From: Ruminococcus albus 7 = DSM 20455
GTDB taxonomy: Bacteria > Bacillota > Clostridia > Oscillospirales > Ruminococcaceae
Reading direction: 5' to 3'
Assembly: GCF_000179635.2 (NCBI RefSeq)
Contig: NC_014833.1
Location: 2,250,001 to 2,282,000 of the forward strand
DNA length: 32,000 nucleotides
Shown: positions 1 to 8,875 of the stretch, one piece after another
Numbering within the stretch: the first letter of the stretch is position 1
How the letters are laid out: the number at the start of each line of letters is the position of its first letter
Notes under the pieces: model-generated
What the model was told of the DNA's origin: nothing
Database searches by the model: none
The model's input: the letters and a program-made list of their open reading frames with translations, nothing else
Position numbers and translations under genes: made by a program

Positions 1-347
1 GAGAAATCCACAGGTCTGGCAAGTACTATCTGTAACGTTGTTGTCTGTTCAAAACTCATTTTGCGATCCTCCTCAAAACTATTCCCTTTGCTGCTGTAAA
101 ATTCAGATTCACTGGCAGCAAACGATCTGACAAAACTGTCATCAAAAGGATCGGGTGTGGATATCACTTCCTTATCCTTTGAACGACTGCCTGTTTTTGA
201 ACTGTTACCGTTGAAATCATCAAAAAAGCTGTCCTTTGCAGCGGAACCTTTGCCGCCGTTAGGAGAACCGAAATCCTGGCTGAAATCAATTCCATCAGAA
301 TCGTCTTCACCTATAAAAAGATTTGTAAAACCTTTCAATATGCCCAT
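1..347 (-). CDS. sepF: Cell division protein SepF (N-terminal part; CDS runs off the window start)
   Basis: My own minus-strand translation from ATG 347..345 (GGAGGG RBS inside the yggS 3' end) gives MGILKGFTNLFIGEDDSDGIDF...EEDRKMSFEQTTTLQIVLARPVDFS, with no stop through position 1. It shows the N-terminal amphipathic MGxLKxF helix, an acidic/Ser linker and the start of the SepF core. It lies directly downstream of yggS, as in Firmicutes. It is absent from the ORF track because it has no stop in the window. Confidence 0.8.
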   Translation of the reverse strand, partial: MGILKGFTNLFIGEDDSDGIDFSQDFGSPNGGKGSAAKDSFFDDFNGNSSKTGSRSKDKEVISTPDPFDDSFVRSFAASESEFYSSKGNSFEEDRKMSFEQTTTLQIVLARPVDF

Positions 348-350
348 TTA

Positions 351-1085
351 CTAACCCTCCATATAATTTCTGGCACCGAACAGAGCAGTACCTATACGAA
401 CGAGATTTGAACCATGCTTTATCGCAAGTTCATAATCTCCTGACATTCCCATGGAAAGTATCTCCATGGAAACATTAGGCACAGCATTTTCTTTTACACG
501 CAGAAATATACTGTGCATACGTTCAAACATATCCTCACCGCAGCCTACGGGCGGGATAGCCATAAGTCCTTTGATACGCACATTACTGAGCTGTGCTGTT
601 TCATAGATGAGCTCATCAAGACCATCTGCAGCCACACCGCTTTTGCTCACTTCATCGCCTATATTAATCTCAAGCAGGACATCCATGATCCTGTCATTCT
701 TTACAGCGAGTCTATTTATCTCTTTCGCGAGCTTCAAGCTGTCCACCGATTGTATCATTGAAACTTCATTGATGATATATTTGACTTTATTCGTCTGCAG
801 GCGACCTATCATGTGGACCTGCGCTGATTTGTTATAACTGTCTTTTTTGGAAAGAAATTCCTGTACTCTGTTTTCGCCCAGCAGAGTTATACCCTGATCT
901 ATAGCGAAATTTATTTTCTCAGGTGCAACAGTTTTTGTCACAGCCATAATATCTATCTTATCATCATTACTGCGGTACTTTGCTTTAGCATTTTCCACAT
1001 TATAACATATACGTTTGTAGTTATCCAATACTGCGCCGAACTCACTCTGAGGATAATCGTTCGGCTTCGCTGCTGACTGACACAT
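351..1085 (-). CDS. yggS: YggS/PLPBP-family pyridoxal-phosphate-binding protein
   Basis: 244-aa ORF containing IMAVTKTV...LLGENRVQEF...GRLQTNKVKY...LSMGMSGDYELAIKHGSNLVRIGTALFG, typical of YggS (PLP lysine in AVTK). ATG 1085 overlaps the upstream gene by 44 nt. A TTG at 1028, just past that gene's stop, is an alternative start. Confidence 0.85.
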   Translation of the reverse strand: MCQSAAKPNDYPQSEFGAVLDNYKRICYNVENAKAKYRSNDDKIDIMAVTKTVAPEKINFAIDQGITLLGENRVQEFLSKKDSYNKSAQVHMIGRLQTNKVKYIINEVSMIQSVDSLKLAKEINRLAVKNDRIMDVLLEINIGDEVSKSGVAADGLDELIYETAQLSNVRIKGLMAIPPVGCGEDMFERMHSIFLRVKENAVPNVSMEILSMGMSGDYELAIKHGSNLVRIGTALFGARNYMEG

Positions 1086-2265
1086 CTTTGTTTGATACCA
1101 CCTCTAGCAGAATTTGATCATAAAGCAGAAGATACTCTTCATCGGAAGTATTTTCTGAAAGGACAAAATCATCACCTTCATATATCACATTGATCTTCTT
1201 GAATGAAATATCCTTACCCAGTATAACATATACACCCTTTTCGTCACCGCGAAATCTCAAAGCACTTCTGGGGATTTTAATGCCCTGATATTCATCAAAT
1301 ATCAGTTTTGCAGAAAGCACCCTTGAATCGACCATGGTCTGATCTACCCTGTCACAGTCAAGAACAACGATCATATTATCTCCGTTATTCTTAACAGAAT
1401 CGACTTTGCAGTTATAAATAGTACGTGATGAGTTCAGCTTCAATGAAACATCAGCATCGTCGGCGATCCTTGAATCTGCCTTTACTATACCTACTATCTT
1501 ACAGTTATAGCTGTCGAAGGTCTTGCCTATTGCATTAGCGGGAGGATCAACTTCTCCTTTGATAACATCGCGGATATCGCTTTCAGTAAGTTTATTGACA
1601 TCTGATGTCTTAAGCTGAGATTCATATCCATCAGCGTATGATACAAAATATCCGGTCTTATCTGCCTTAATAGCATCACTGGGTTCGGTTGCAAGATCCA
1701 TCAGCTTGCTTCTCTCTGATTTAAGTGTTGCGATGGCATCTGAAAAATCAGACTGAGTGCCGGTTATAACACTGTACATATTACTGTTAAGTGCTATCCT
1801 TGACCTTATGTCGGGTATCCTGTCAAAATCTCTGTTTTCCACTGATTCCAGAAGATCATTATAACCACTTTTCATACCTGATATGAGCGCATCGGGCTCA
1901 GCATAATTTGTAGTGGCAGGATCCTGAGCTTTTTCAAGCTGCTCTATCTCAGCATCGATCTCAGCTATCCTTTTTCTTGCATATATAGCATTCTCAGATG
2001 GAAAAACTTCAGCAACAGTGCTGTTCATAGAAACTTTGCTTCCATCAGCATACTTATAATCAAGCACACCGCCGCCATTATAAGTCACAACACTTTCATC
2101 TCTGACAATAATACCGTCAAACACGATATCCTCATTGACAGTAGCAAGTACAGCTTCCTCAGTATCATGCTTATCATGCAGATAATAATACACCTGAGTG
2201 CATATTGTGGTTATCATTAAAATAGAAACCAGTGCCGCAAGTATCTTTACGGTCAATGAATTCAT
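1042..2265 (-). CDS. Membrane-anchored HlyD/membrane-fusion-like protein (N-terminal TM helix, coiled coils, beta-barrel C-terminus)
   Basis: 407 aa. Has an N-terminal TM helix (ILAALVSILMITTICTQVYYY), coiled-coil stretches (RKRIAEIDAEIEQLEKAQ; IATLKSERSKLMDLA) and a beta-rich C-terminus. ATG at 2265 with an AAGGAAG RBS. The family call is by overall architecture only. Confidence 0.45.
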   Translation of the reverse strand: MNSLTVKILAALVSILMITTICTQVYYYLHDKHDTEEAVLATVNEDIVFDGIIVRDESVVTYNGGGVLDYKYADGSKVSMNSTVAEVFPSENAIYARKRIAEIDAEIEQLEKAQDPATTNYAEPDALISGMKSGYNDLLESVENRDFDRIPDIRSRIALNSNMYSVITGTQSDFSDAIATLKSERSKLMDLATEPSDAIKADKTGYFVSYADGYESQLKTSDVNKLTESDIRDVIKGEVDPPANAIGKTFDSYNCKIVGIVKADSRIADDADVSLKLNSSRTIYNCKVDSVKNNGDNMIVVLDCDRVDQTMVDSRVLSAKLIFDEYQGIKIPRSALRFRGDEKGVYVILGKDISFKKINVIYEGDDFVLSENTSDEEYLLLYDQILLEVVSNKDVSVSSEAERLSSE

Positions 2266-2280
2266 TTATGCATTACTTCC

Positions 2281-2529
2281 TTATCCTTCAGTGTGTTCAT
2301 TTTTAGCAGCATCAAGGATGTTGATGGAACGATCAGGTACTATAGTAGAGATAGCGTGCTTATATACAACGTTCTGCTTGCCTTCACAGTCAAGGAAGAC
2401 AACATAGCTGTCAAAAGCCTTAACAATACCCTTAAACTGGTATCCGTTCATCAGTATGAACTTTACCATGACCTGTTCTTTTCTAGCCTGATTCAGAAAA
2501 ACGTCCTGAAGATTGATATTCTTATTCAT
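2281..2529 (-). CDS. hfq: RNA chaperone Hfq
   Basis: Internal ATG at 2529 with AGGAG 8 nt upstream gives 82 aa: [64 protein letters not shown]. These are the Sm1/Sm2 motifs of Hfq. The 113-aa track ORF is an over-extension into the leader. Confidence 0.93.
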   Translation of the reverse strand: MNKNINLQDVFLNQARKEQVMVKFILMNGYQFKGIVKAFDSYVVFLDCEGKQNVVYKHAISTIVPDRSINILDAAKNEHTEG

Positions 2530-2641
2530 AACATACACTCCTGCTCTTTCTCTTCGTGTGTCTGAACTAACCGAATGCCGCAAAAGAAGACAAACGGCGG
2601 CATTCAAACCATGATGATGCATTTATTATACATCACATTAT

Positions 2642-2670
2642 ATTATATCACAGAATTTCGGATTTGGCTA
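2642..2670 (-). promoter_or_regulatory. Candidate hfq-proximal promoter (TAGCCA-17-TGaTATAAT, extended -10)
   Basis: Read on the minus strand, the -10 TATAAT is at 2647..2642. It is preceded by TGA, which is also the miaA stop codon (2650..2648). The -35 TAGCCA is at 2670..2665 with a 17-nt spacer. Confidence 0.35.
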
Positions 2671-3595
2671 CTATATTTTGCACATTTCCGATAATTTTTT
2701 TAGATTCGTCAAAATTATCAATTTTCACCCATGAAATACTGTCAACTCGCCTAAACCATGTCAGCTGTCTTTTGGCATAGTGCCTTGTTTCAATAATTAT
2801 TTTATCAATACAATCACCAAGTTCTGCCTTGCCTTCAAAATATGGAACAAGCTCCTTATAACCTATAGCCTGCCCGGCGGTTGCAAGCCCGCCTTTTAGC
2901 CATGCCTCCCTGCATTCCTCAACCATACCATTATCAACCATGATATGAACTCTTTTCTCTATTCGGTCATAGAGGTACTGCCTGTTTTCGGCAGTTAATC
3001 CTATTATACAGGAATGATAGGGAGAAGCCTCTCTTCTGCTGTTGATCTTGTGCTCGGAAAGTTTTATTCCGGTAAGTTCAAAGACCTCTATGGCACGAAT
3101 GACCCGCGGAAGATTGTTCTCATGGACTTTTTCAGCAGTTTCCGGATCGATCTCCTTCAGTTTCAGCCAAAGAGCGTGTGCACCATCTTCCTTTACCTGC
3201 TTTTCAAGTCTGGCTCGTATAACCGGGTCGCTGCCTGTATCATCAAATATAATATTGTCAACAAGTGAGCTTATATACAATCCAGTACCACCACATACGA
3301 TCGGAAGTTTACCGCGTGAGGTTACTTCTCTTATGACCTTTCCTGCAAGTGATACATAATCTGCCACACTAAAAGAAACATCAGGTTCAAGAAAATCAAT
3401 AAGGTGATGCGGAATACCCTGCATCTCATCCACGGTAGGCTTGGCTGTGGCTATGTTCAAGCCCTTATATATCTGCATGGAATCAGCTGATATTACCTCA
3501 CCGTCATAAATCTTTGCGATCTCAACTGCAAGAGCTGTTTTGCCTGAAGCTGTTGGTCCTGCAATTACAAGAAGGGGTATTTTGTTATTATCCAT
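2648..3595 (-). CDS. miaA: tRNA dimethylallyltransferase MiaA
   Basis: 315 aa. Has the P-loop AGPTASGKTALAVEIA, then ISADSMQIYKGLNIATAKP and GGTGLYISSL, all canonical MiaA motifs. Confidence 0.93.
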   Translation of the reverse strand: MDNNKIPLLVIAGPTASGKTALAVEIAKIYDGEVISADSMQIYKGLNIATAKPTVDEMQGIPHHLIDFLEPDVSFSVADYVSLAGKVIREVTSRGKLPIVCGGTGLYISSLVDNIIFDDTGSDPVIRARLEKQVKEDGAHALWLKLKEIDPETAEKVHENNLPRVIRAIEVFELTGIKLSEHKINSRREASPYHSCIIGLTAENRQYLYDRIEKRVHIMVDNGMVEECREAWLKGGLATAGQAIGYKELVPYFEGKAELGDCIDKIIIETRHYAKRQLTWFRRVDSISWVKIDNFDESKKIIGNVQNIVAKSEIL

Positions 3596-3630
3596 GCATT
3601 CACCTCTTTATATAACTTTCAAAGACCTTA

Positions 3631-5712
3631 TCATACAAGTCTTCTGAACTGCTTTTCAATATCCTTTTTACTTAGCGTTATAATTACAGGTCTACCATGT
3701 GGGCAGTACCTGATGTTTTCATTACCATATACAGCATTCAACAAAGCCTGCAATTCTATAGTACTGTTGTTATCGTTTGCTTTTATCGCTGCTTTGCAGG
3801 CAATTGAGTGATAAAGATCATCAAATACCTCAAGCTGAGGGTTGTTTCTGCACTGAATAAAATTCCTTGCAAGCTCAGTAACTATGTCAGTGGGATTTTC
3901 TGAATCACCGAGTATTATAGGCACGCCCTTTACAGCAACTGTAGGTGCCACATCAGGTTCGATCTCAAAACCCAGCCTGCTCAGCTTGTCAAGATTTGCA
4001 GCAAGGGCATCAAACTCATCATAAGAAAGCATAACCATGACCGGTTCAAGCAGCATTTGTGTTTCAAGTTCGCTTATATCATTTTTGATCTTTTCAAATA
4101 TATACCGCTCATGGGCAGCGTGCTTATCCATAAGCAACATCTCATCCCCGACCTGAGCGACTACATAAGTCCTGAACAGCTCACCAACTACAATGGGCTT
4201 TGGCTTTTCAGGTTCTTTTTTGACCTCGCGTACAACAGAGCGGATAAAGCTCCTGTCATTTATATAATGGAAATCATCATCCTTTTCCTCTTCTGCAGGA
4301 ACTTCGGGCAGCGGTATCTCCTGAAGAACTTTGTTGATCTCCTCAACGGTGATCTTTTCCTGTATTTTGGGAACAGGTACCGGAGAAGGTTCTGCCAGTT
4401 CTGCGAGGAAAAGATCTTCACCCGATTTTCGTTTATCTTCATCTATCGGTATGTTTTCTACCTTAGTTATCTTAGGTTCAAATGGCCGCTTTTCGGGAGG
4501 CTCAGGTAAAGGTCTTTCGTCATCAACAACAGGCTCGGTTGCATTTACAGAACGATTTTCCGATTCGACTGCTGACATCTGATTCAAAATCTTATCAGCT
4601 TCGGGTAGTGTTTCTTCCTCTACCGAAAATTCAAGCTGGACACTTTTATCCTCAGGCGGAAAATCAAAAAGTTCATGGTCTGTAAAGTTTCTGCTATCAT
4701 TGAGTACAAGTTCACCGGGTTCATCTTTTTCCATAAGTGCATTCTTGACTGCAAAAAATACTGCCTCATGGATAAGTTTCTCATCTGAAAAACGAACCTC
4801 TATCTTAGTAGGATGAACGTTAACATCAATAGTATTTGGCGGAACATCGATATAAAGGACACACGCAGGGAATTTTCCAACCATGATATTATTTCGGTAT
4901 GCTTCCTCAATTGCAGCAGCACAAGCTTTCGATCTTACAAATCTACTGTTTACAAAAAAATTCTGAAATTTTCTGTTAGGCTTAGCCGAAAGAGGTTTTA
5001 CTGTATAACCATAAACGTGAATACCCTGCCATGTGTGATCAACTTCAATAAGACTATTGGCAAATTCTCTGCCGTATACCGAATATACAGATGAATAAAT
5101 TTTGCCGTCTCCTGCTGTGATTATCTCATTTTTATTATCACGAATCAATTTGAAGGATATGTCAGGATGAGAGAGAGTAAGCTTTGTGACAAGATCAGCA
5201 ACGTGATTAGCTTCAGAGCTATCTTTTTTCAGGAATTTCAACCTAGCAGGAACATTGTAGAAAATATCTCTTACTATAAAAGTTGTTCCATCGGGACAGC
5301 CGCATTGTTCGCTGATTTTTTCTTCTGCACCCTCGATAGCATAATGCGTACCATAGCTGTCTTCACGACGTTTTGTCATTACATCAACTTTTGCGACAGC
5401 ACAAATAGAAGCCAGTGCTTCACCTCTGAAACCAAGTGTCATTATGCTGTCAAGGTCATCCTTTTGAGATATTTTACTGGTAGCATGGCGAAGAAAAGCG
5501 ATGGGCAGATCATCAGGTGCTAAGCCCTTGCCGTTGTCCGTCACTCTCATATATGTTCTGCCGCCGTTTTTGATCTCAACGGTTATTACAGTCGCACCGG
5601 CATCTATGGCGTTTTCAAGAAGTTCCTTAATAACAGAAGCCGGACGGTCAATTACCTCTCCAGCAGCTATAAGCTCGGAAACTTCCCTGCTTAAAACTCT
5701 TATTTCTGACAT
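3631..5712 (-). CDS. mutL: DNA mismatch repair protein MutL (endonuclease-type)
   Basis: GHKL ATPase N-terminus (IRVLSREVSELIAAGEVIDRPASVIKELLENAIDAG). The C-terminus carries DKHAAHERYIFE, SIACKAAIKAND and CPHGRP endonuclease motifs. The start is moved to ATG 5712 (AGGAAAG RBS), giving MSEIRVL...; the track start at 5745 lacks an RBS. Confidence 0.92.
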   Translation of the reverse strand: MSEIRVLSREVSELIAAGEVIDRPASVIKELLENAIDAGATVITVEIKNGGRTYMRVTDNGKGLAPDDLPIAFLRHATSKISQKDDLDSIMTLGFRGEALASICAVAKVDVMTKRREDSYGTHYAIEGAEEKISEQCGCPDGTTFIVRDIFYNVPARLKFLKKDSSEANHVADLVTKLTLSHPDISFKLIRDNKNEIITAGDGKIYSSVYSVYGREFANSLIEVDHTWQGIHVYGYTVKPLSAKPNRKFQNFFVNSRFVRSKACAAAIEEAYRNNIMVGKFPACVLYIDVPPNTIDVNVHPTKIEVRFSDEKLIHEAVFFAVKNALMEKDEPGELVLNDSRNFTDHELFDFPPEDKSVQLEFSVEEETLPEADKILNQMSAVESENRSVNATEPVVDDERPLPEPPEKRPFEPKITKVENIPIDEDKRKSGEDLFLAELAEPSPVPVPKIQEKITVEEINKVLQEIPLPEVPAEEEKDDDFHYINDRSFIRSVVREVKKEPEKPKPIVVGELFRTYVVAQVGDEMLLMDKHAAHERYIFEKIKNDISELETQMLLEPVMVMLSYDEFDALAANLDKLSRLGFEIEPDVAPTVAVKGVPIILGDSENPTDIVTELARNFIQCRNNPQLEVFDDLYHSIACKAAIKANDNNSTIELQALLNAVYGNENIRYCPHGRPVIITLSKKDIEKQFRRLV

Positions 5713-5783
5713 TTTCTTTCCTGTTCTATGGCTCACCGAGCCCACTAATGTATTTATATAGAGTTGGATCGTGAACTAAGTCA

Positions 5784-8399
5784 TTATACATATCTCAACA
5801 AGTCTTTAACAAACTCCCTCAGTTCTTCATCGTTCATTTCGTCGATATTGGTCTTACGGAGCTTATCAGTTACTATACTATCGCTTATCCTGTCAAAGGA
5901 TATCTGTCCGCTGTCACTCTCTGCAACAGCAGCTTTAGCCTTTATAGATTCTGCTTCCATTTCACCCAAAAGAGACTTTGCTCTGCCGATTATCTTGTTT
6001 GGCAGACCTGCAAGTTTGGCAACTTCGATACCGAAGCTTTCATCAGCTCCACCCTTTACTATCTTACGCAGGAACTTTATATTATCTCCCTGACGCTTAA
6101 CCGCAACAGAATAATTCTTAATGCCGTCAAGTTCATCTTCAAGAGCGATAAGTTCGTGATAATGGGTCGCGAAAAGGGTCTTGCAGCCGAGAGAACGTGA
6201 TGTGGAGATATACTCCGATACTGCTCTTGCAATTGCAATACCATCAAAAGTTGATGTACCTCTGCCTACTTCATCAAGTATAACAAGGCTGTTTTTGGTG
6301 GCATGCTTTACTATATCAGCCACCTCACTCATTTCAACCATGAAGGTTGACTGACCTGCTGTCAGGTCATCGGATGCACCTATCCTTGTAAATATCTGGT
6401 CTACAACCGATATCTTAGCATAATCGGCAGGTACAAAACAACCTATCTGTGCCATAAGAGTAATAAGTGCCACCTGTCGCATATATGTGGATTTACCAGA
6501 CATATTAGGACCTGTTATAACAGCCATTCGATTGCCTGTAAGATCAAGATAAGTATCATTAGGAACGAATACTTCATCCTGCTGCATAAGCTCAACAACA
6601 GGGTGCCTGCCGTTTTTGATATTGATTATACCGTCGATAGCTATCTCGGGTTTGGTATAATTGTTCTTTATAGCTGCAGTGGCGTAGGAACAAAGGACAT
6701 CTATCTCCGCAACAGCAGTTGCAGTTTCCTGTACCAGTCTTAACTGTGTAGCTATAAACTCTCTGACCTCACCGAATATCTCCTGCTCAATGGTCAGAAT
6801 CTTATCGCTTGCACCCAGTATGGTGTTTTCAGCAACTTTAAGTTCATCAGTAATGAATCTTTCACAGTTAGCGAGAGTCTGCTTCCTTATATAATTATCA
6901 GGTATAAGATCATAATAAGATTTAGTGACCTCTATATAATAGCCGAACACACGGTTATAACCAATCTTCAGGTTCTTGATACCCGTCTTTTCTTTTTCAC
7001 GCTCCGCAATATCATCTATAATGCCTTTTCCGCCAGAGATTATATTCCTAAGACCGTCAAGCTGCTCATTAAAACCATCACGAATAACTCCGCCGTCCTT
7101 AACGTTGGCAGGAGGCTCGTCAACAATGGCATTTTCAACAAGGTTAGAAATTGCATCAAGAGTCGATATCCTTCCGGTACAATCTTTGATAAGTTTACCG
7201 TCAAAAGCTGACAGCAGCTTTTTAAGTTCCGGGAGTTTCAACGCTGTCAGTGAAAGAGATTTGAGATCACGCGGACTTGCAGAACGATACATAACTCTTG
7301 TCATGAGTCGTTCAAGATCATATACTCCACTCAGCACTTCACGGATCTCACCAAGAGATACCGGATCACGCACAAACTGTTCAACTGCATTAAGCCTGTC
7401 AATAATCTTTGCAGGATTGATAAGTGGCTGTTCAAGCCAGGATTTCAGCATACGATTACCCATGGAAGTCTTGGTGTTGCTGATGACCCACAGTAATGAA
7501 CCCTTTTTCTGCTTATTGCGGAGAGTTTCTGTTAATTCAAGGTTTCTTCTCGCAGTAAAACCTATAGTCATTATCGGATCAGCATCGTGACGGGTGATCT
7601 CGGAGAATCGACCCACAAGTGCCTTCTGTGTTTCGTGGATATATGCGAAAAGTCCACATACCGCAAATGCACTCAGGCTGTCAGGTTTGAGTCCGAGAGA
7701 ATCAAGGCTGTTAACAGAAAACTGCGTAAGGACCTCATCAGTATGATTAGCAGGATCAAAATCCGCATCCTCCAGCAGCTGAACACTTGTCTTTATTTTT
7801 TCACGTATAAACCCGGATATTTCCTTATTTGAAAGAATAGAATCATTGATAAGTATCTCCGAAGGAGAAAATCTTGAGAGCTCATTTATTGCGCTGTTGG
7901 CTGTATCTTTGCCTGTGAATTCAAATAGGTGAACTTCGCCTGTGGAGATATCCGCAAGACAGAGGGACGCTTCCTTGGAACGCATATAAAACGCACAGAG
8001 ATAATTGTTTGAAGACTCATCAAGCATACTGCTCTCAATGAGAGTGCCCGGAGTAACAACACGTATTACATCACGTGGAACGAGCCCCTGACACTCCGAA
8101 GGATCTTTGGTCTGCTCGCATATTGCTACCATGTGTCCTTTTTCTATTAGTTTTTTCAGATAAACGTCGCAGGCATGAAAAGGCACACCGCACATAGGTG
8201 CACGCTCGTCCAGTCCGCAATCTCTCCCCGTAAGGGTGAGTTCCAGCTCCTTTGATACTATCAGCGCATCATCAAAGAACATCTCGTAAAAGTCACCCAG
8301 ACGGTAGAAAAGTATATGGTTCTTATACTTTTTCTTTACTGCCAGATATTGTTTCATCATGGGTGTAAGCTTTGATTCATCTATCTCTTTAAGTGTCAC
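5784..8399 (-). CDS. mutS: DNA mismatch repair protein MutS
   Basis: 871 aa with a GTG start. Has TPMMKQYL near the N-terminus, the Walker A GPNMSGKSTYMRQ, DEVGRGTSTFDG and ATHYHEL. Confidence 0.95.
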   Translation of the reverse strand: MTLKEIDESKLTPMMKQYLAVKKKYKNHILFYRLGDFYEMFFDDALIVSKELELTLTGRDCGLDERAPMCGVPFHACDVYLKKLIEKGHMVAICEQTKDPSECQGLVPRDVIRVVTPGTLIESSMLDESSNNYLCAFYMRSKEASLCLADISTGEVHLFEFTGKDTANSAINELSRFSPSEILINDSILSNKEISGFIREKIKTSVQLLEDADFDPANHTDEVLTQFSVNSLDSLGLKPDSLSAFAVCGLFAYIHETQKALVGRFSEITRHDADPIMTIGFTARRNLELTETLRNKQKKGSLLWVISNTKTSMGNRMLKSWLEQPLINPAKIIDRLNAVEQFVRDPVSLGEIREVLSGVYDLERLMTRVMYRSASPRDLKSLSLTALKLPELKKLLSAFDGKLIKDCTGRISTLDAISNLVENAIVDEPPANVKDGGVIRDGFNEQLDGLRNIISGGKGIIDDIAEREKEKTGIKNLKIGYNRVFGYYIEVTKSYYDLIPDNYIRKQTLANCERFITDELKVAENTILGASDKILTIEQEIFGEVREFIATQLRLVQETATAVAEIDVLCSYATAAIKNNYTKPEIAIDGIINIKNGRHPVVELMQQDEVFVPNDTYLDLTGNRMAVITGPNMSGKSTYMRQVALITLMAQIGCFVPADYAKISVVDQIFTRIGASDDLTAGQSTFMVEMSEVADIVKHATKNSLVILDEVGRGTSTFDGIAIARAVSEYISTSRSLGCKTLFATHYHELIALEDELDGIKNYSVAVKRQGDNIKFLRKIVKGGADESFGIEVAKLAGLPNKIIGRAKSLLGEMEAESIKAKAAVAESDSGQISFDRISDSIVTDKLRKTNIDEMNDEELREFVKDLLRYV

Positions 8400-8445
8400 T
8401 TCTGCCCGCTCCGTTCTATGTAAAAAGATAATTTTTAATACTTAA

Positions 8446-8856
8446 TTAGCCGCAGCCTCCGCAGGTCGAGCAGCTTCCCGAGCAACCCGAAGGTGCCTGT
8501 GCAGGACAAGTTTCAGGATCCTCACCATTAGCAGACTGCTGGAGGATATAGTATACCGATTTCATAAGAGCATCTATATCTGCCTTAGCTTCGTTATACT
8601 CGACCATTTTGGGCATAGCCATTATCTTTTCGTAAAGCTCCTTTATATCATGATCGAGTGTTGTGAGCCTGTCAGCATCTTTATCGGGTTTTCTCATCTC
8701 GACACTGAGATCCTGACGCATCTGATTGAACTTGCCGATCTCATTCTGGATCTCGGTATCTGTATCATTAAGAGCACAAGCCGCCTCGTACTTCTTATAT
8801 CTTTCATCTTCCTGGATAGCTTTACCAAGCTGTCTTGTAAGTTCTATAACATTCAT
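8446..8856 (-). CDS. ymcA: YlbF/YmcA-family regulatory protein with a Cys-rich C-terminal tail
   Basis: 136 aa and helical (LGKAIQEDERYKKYEAA..., FNQMRQDL...). It sits between miaB and mutS, exactly where ymcA sits in Bacillus subtilis (ymcB/miaB-ymcA-...-mutS-mutL). AAGGAG RBS. The tail reads CPAQAPSGCSGSCSTCGGCG. Confidence 0.6.
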   Translation of the reverse strand: MNVIELTRQLGKAIQEDERYKKYEAACALNDTDTEIQNEIGKFNQMRQDLSVEMRKPDKDADRLTTLDHDIKELYEKIMAMPKMVEYNEAKADIDALMKSVYYILQQSANGEDPETCPAQAPSGCSGSCSTCGGCG

Positions 8857-8875
8857 TTTAACTACTCCTTAATGA

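Noticed and set aside
157-354. 65-aa plus-strand ORF
   Set aside because: It is antisense to the sepF coding sequence, which translates cleanly on the minus strand.
2530-2622. N-terminal 31-aa extension of hfq ([10 protein letters not shown]...)
   Set aside because: The canonical Hfq N-terminus begins at the internal ATG 2529 with AGGAG 8 nt upstream. The extension covers the leader hairpin and has no RBS.
3014-8000. Numerous 60-200-aa plus-strand ORFs inside miaA, mutL and mutS (for example 4057..4509 and 6976..7590)
   Set aside because: All are antisense to long, motif-rich minus-strand genes and have low-complexity translations. They are typical shadow ORFs.
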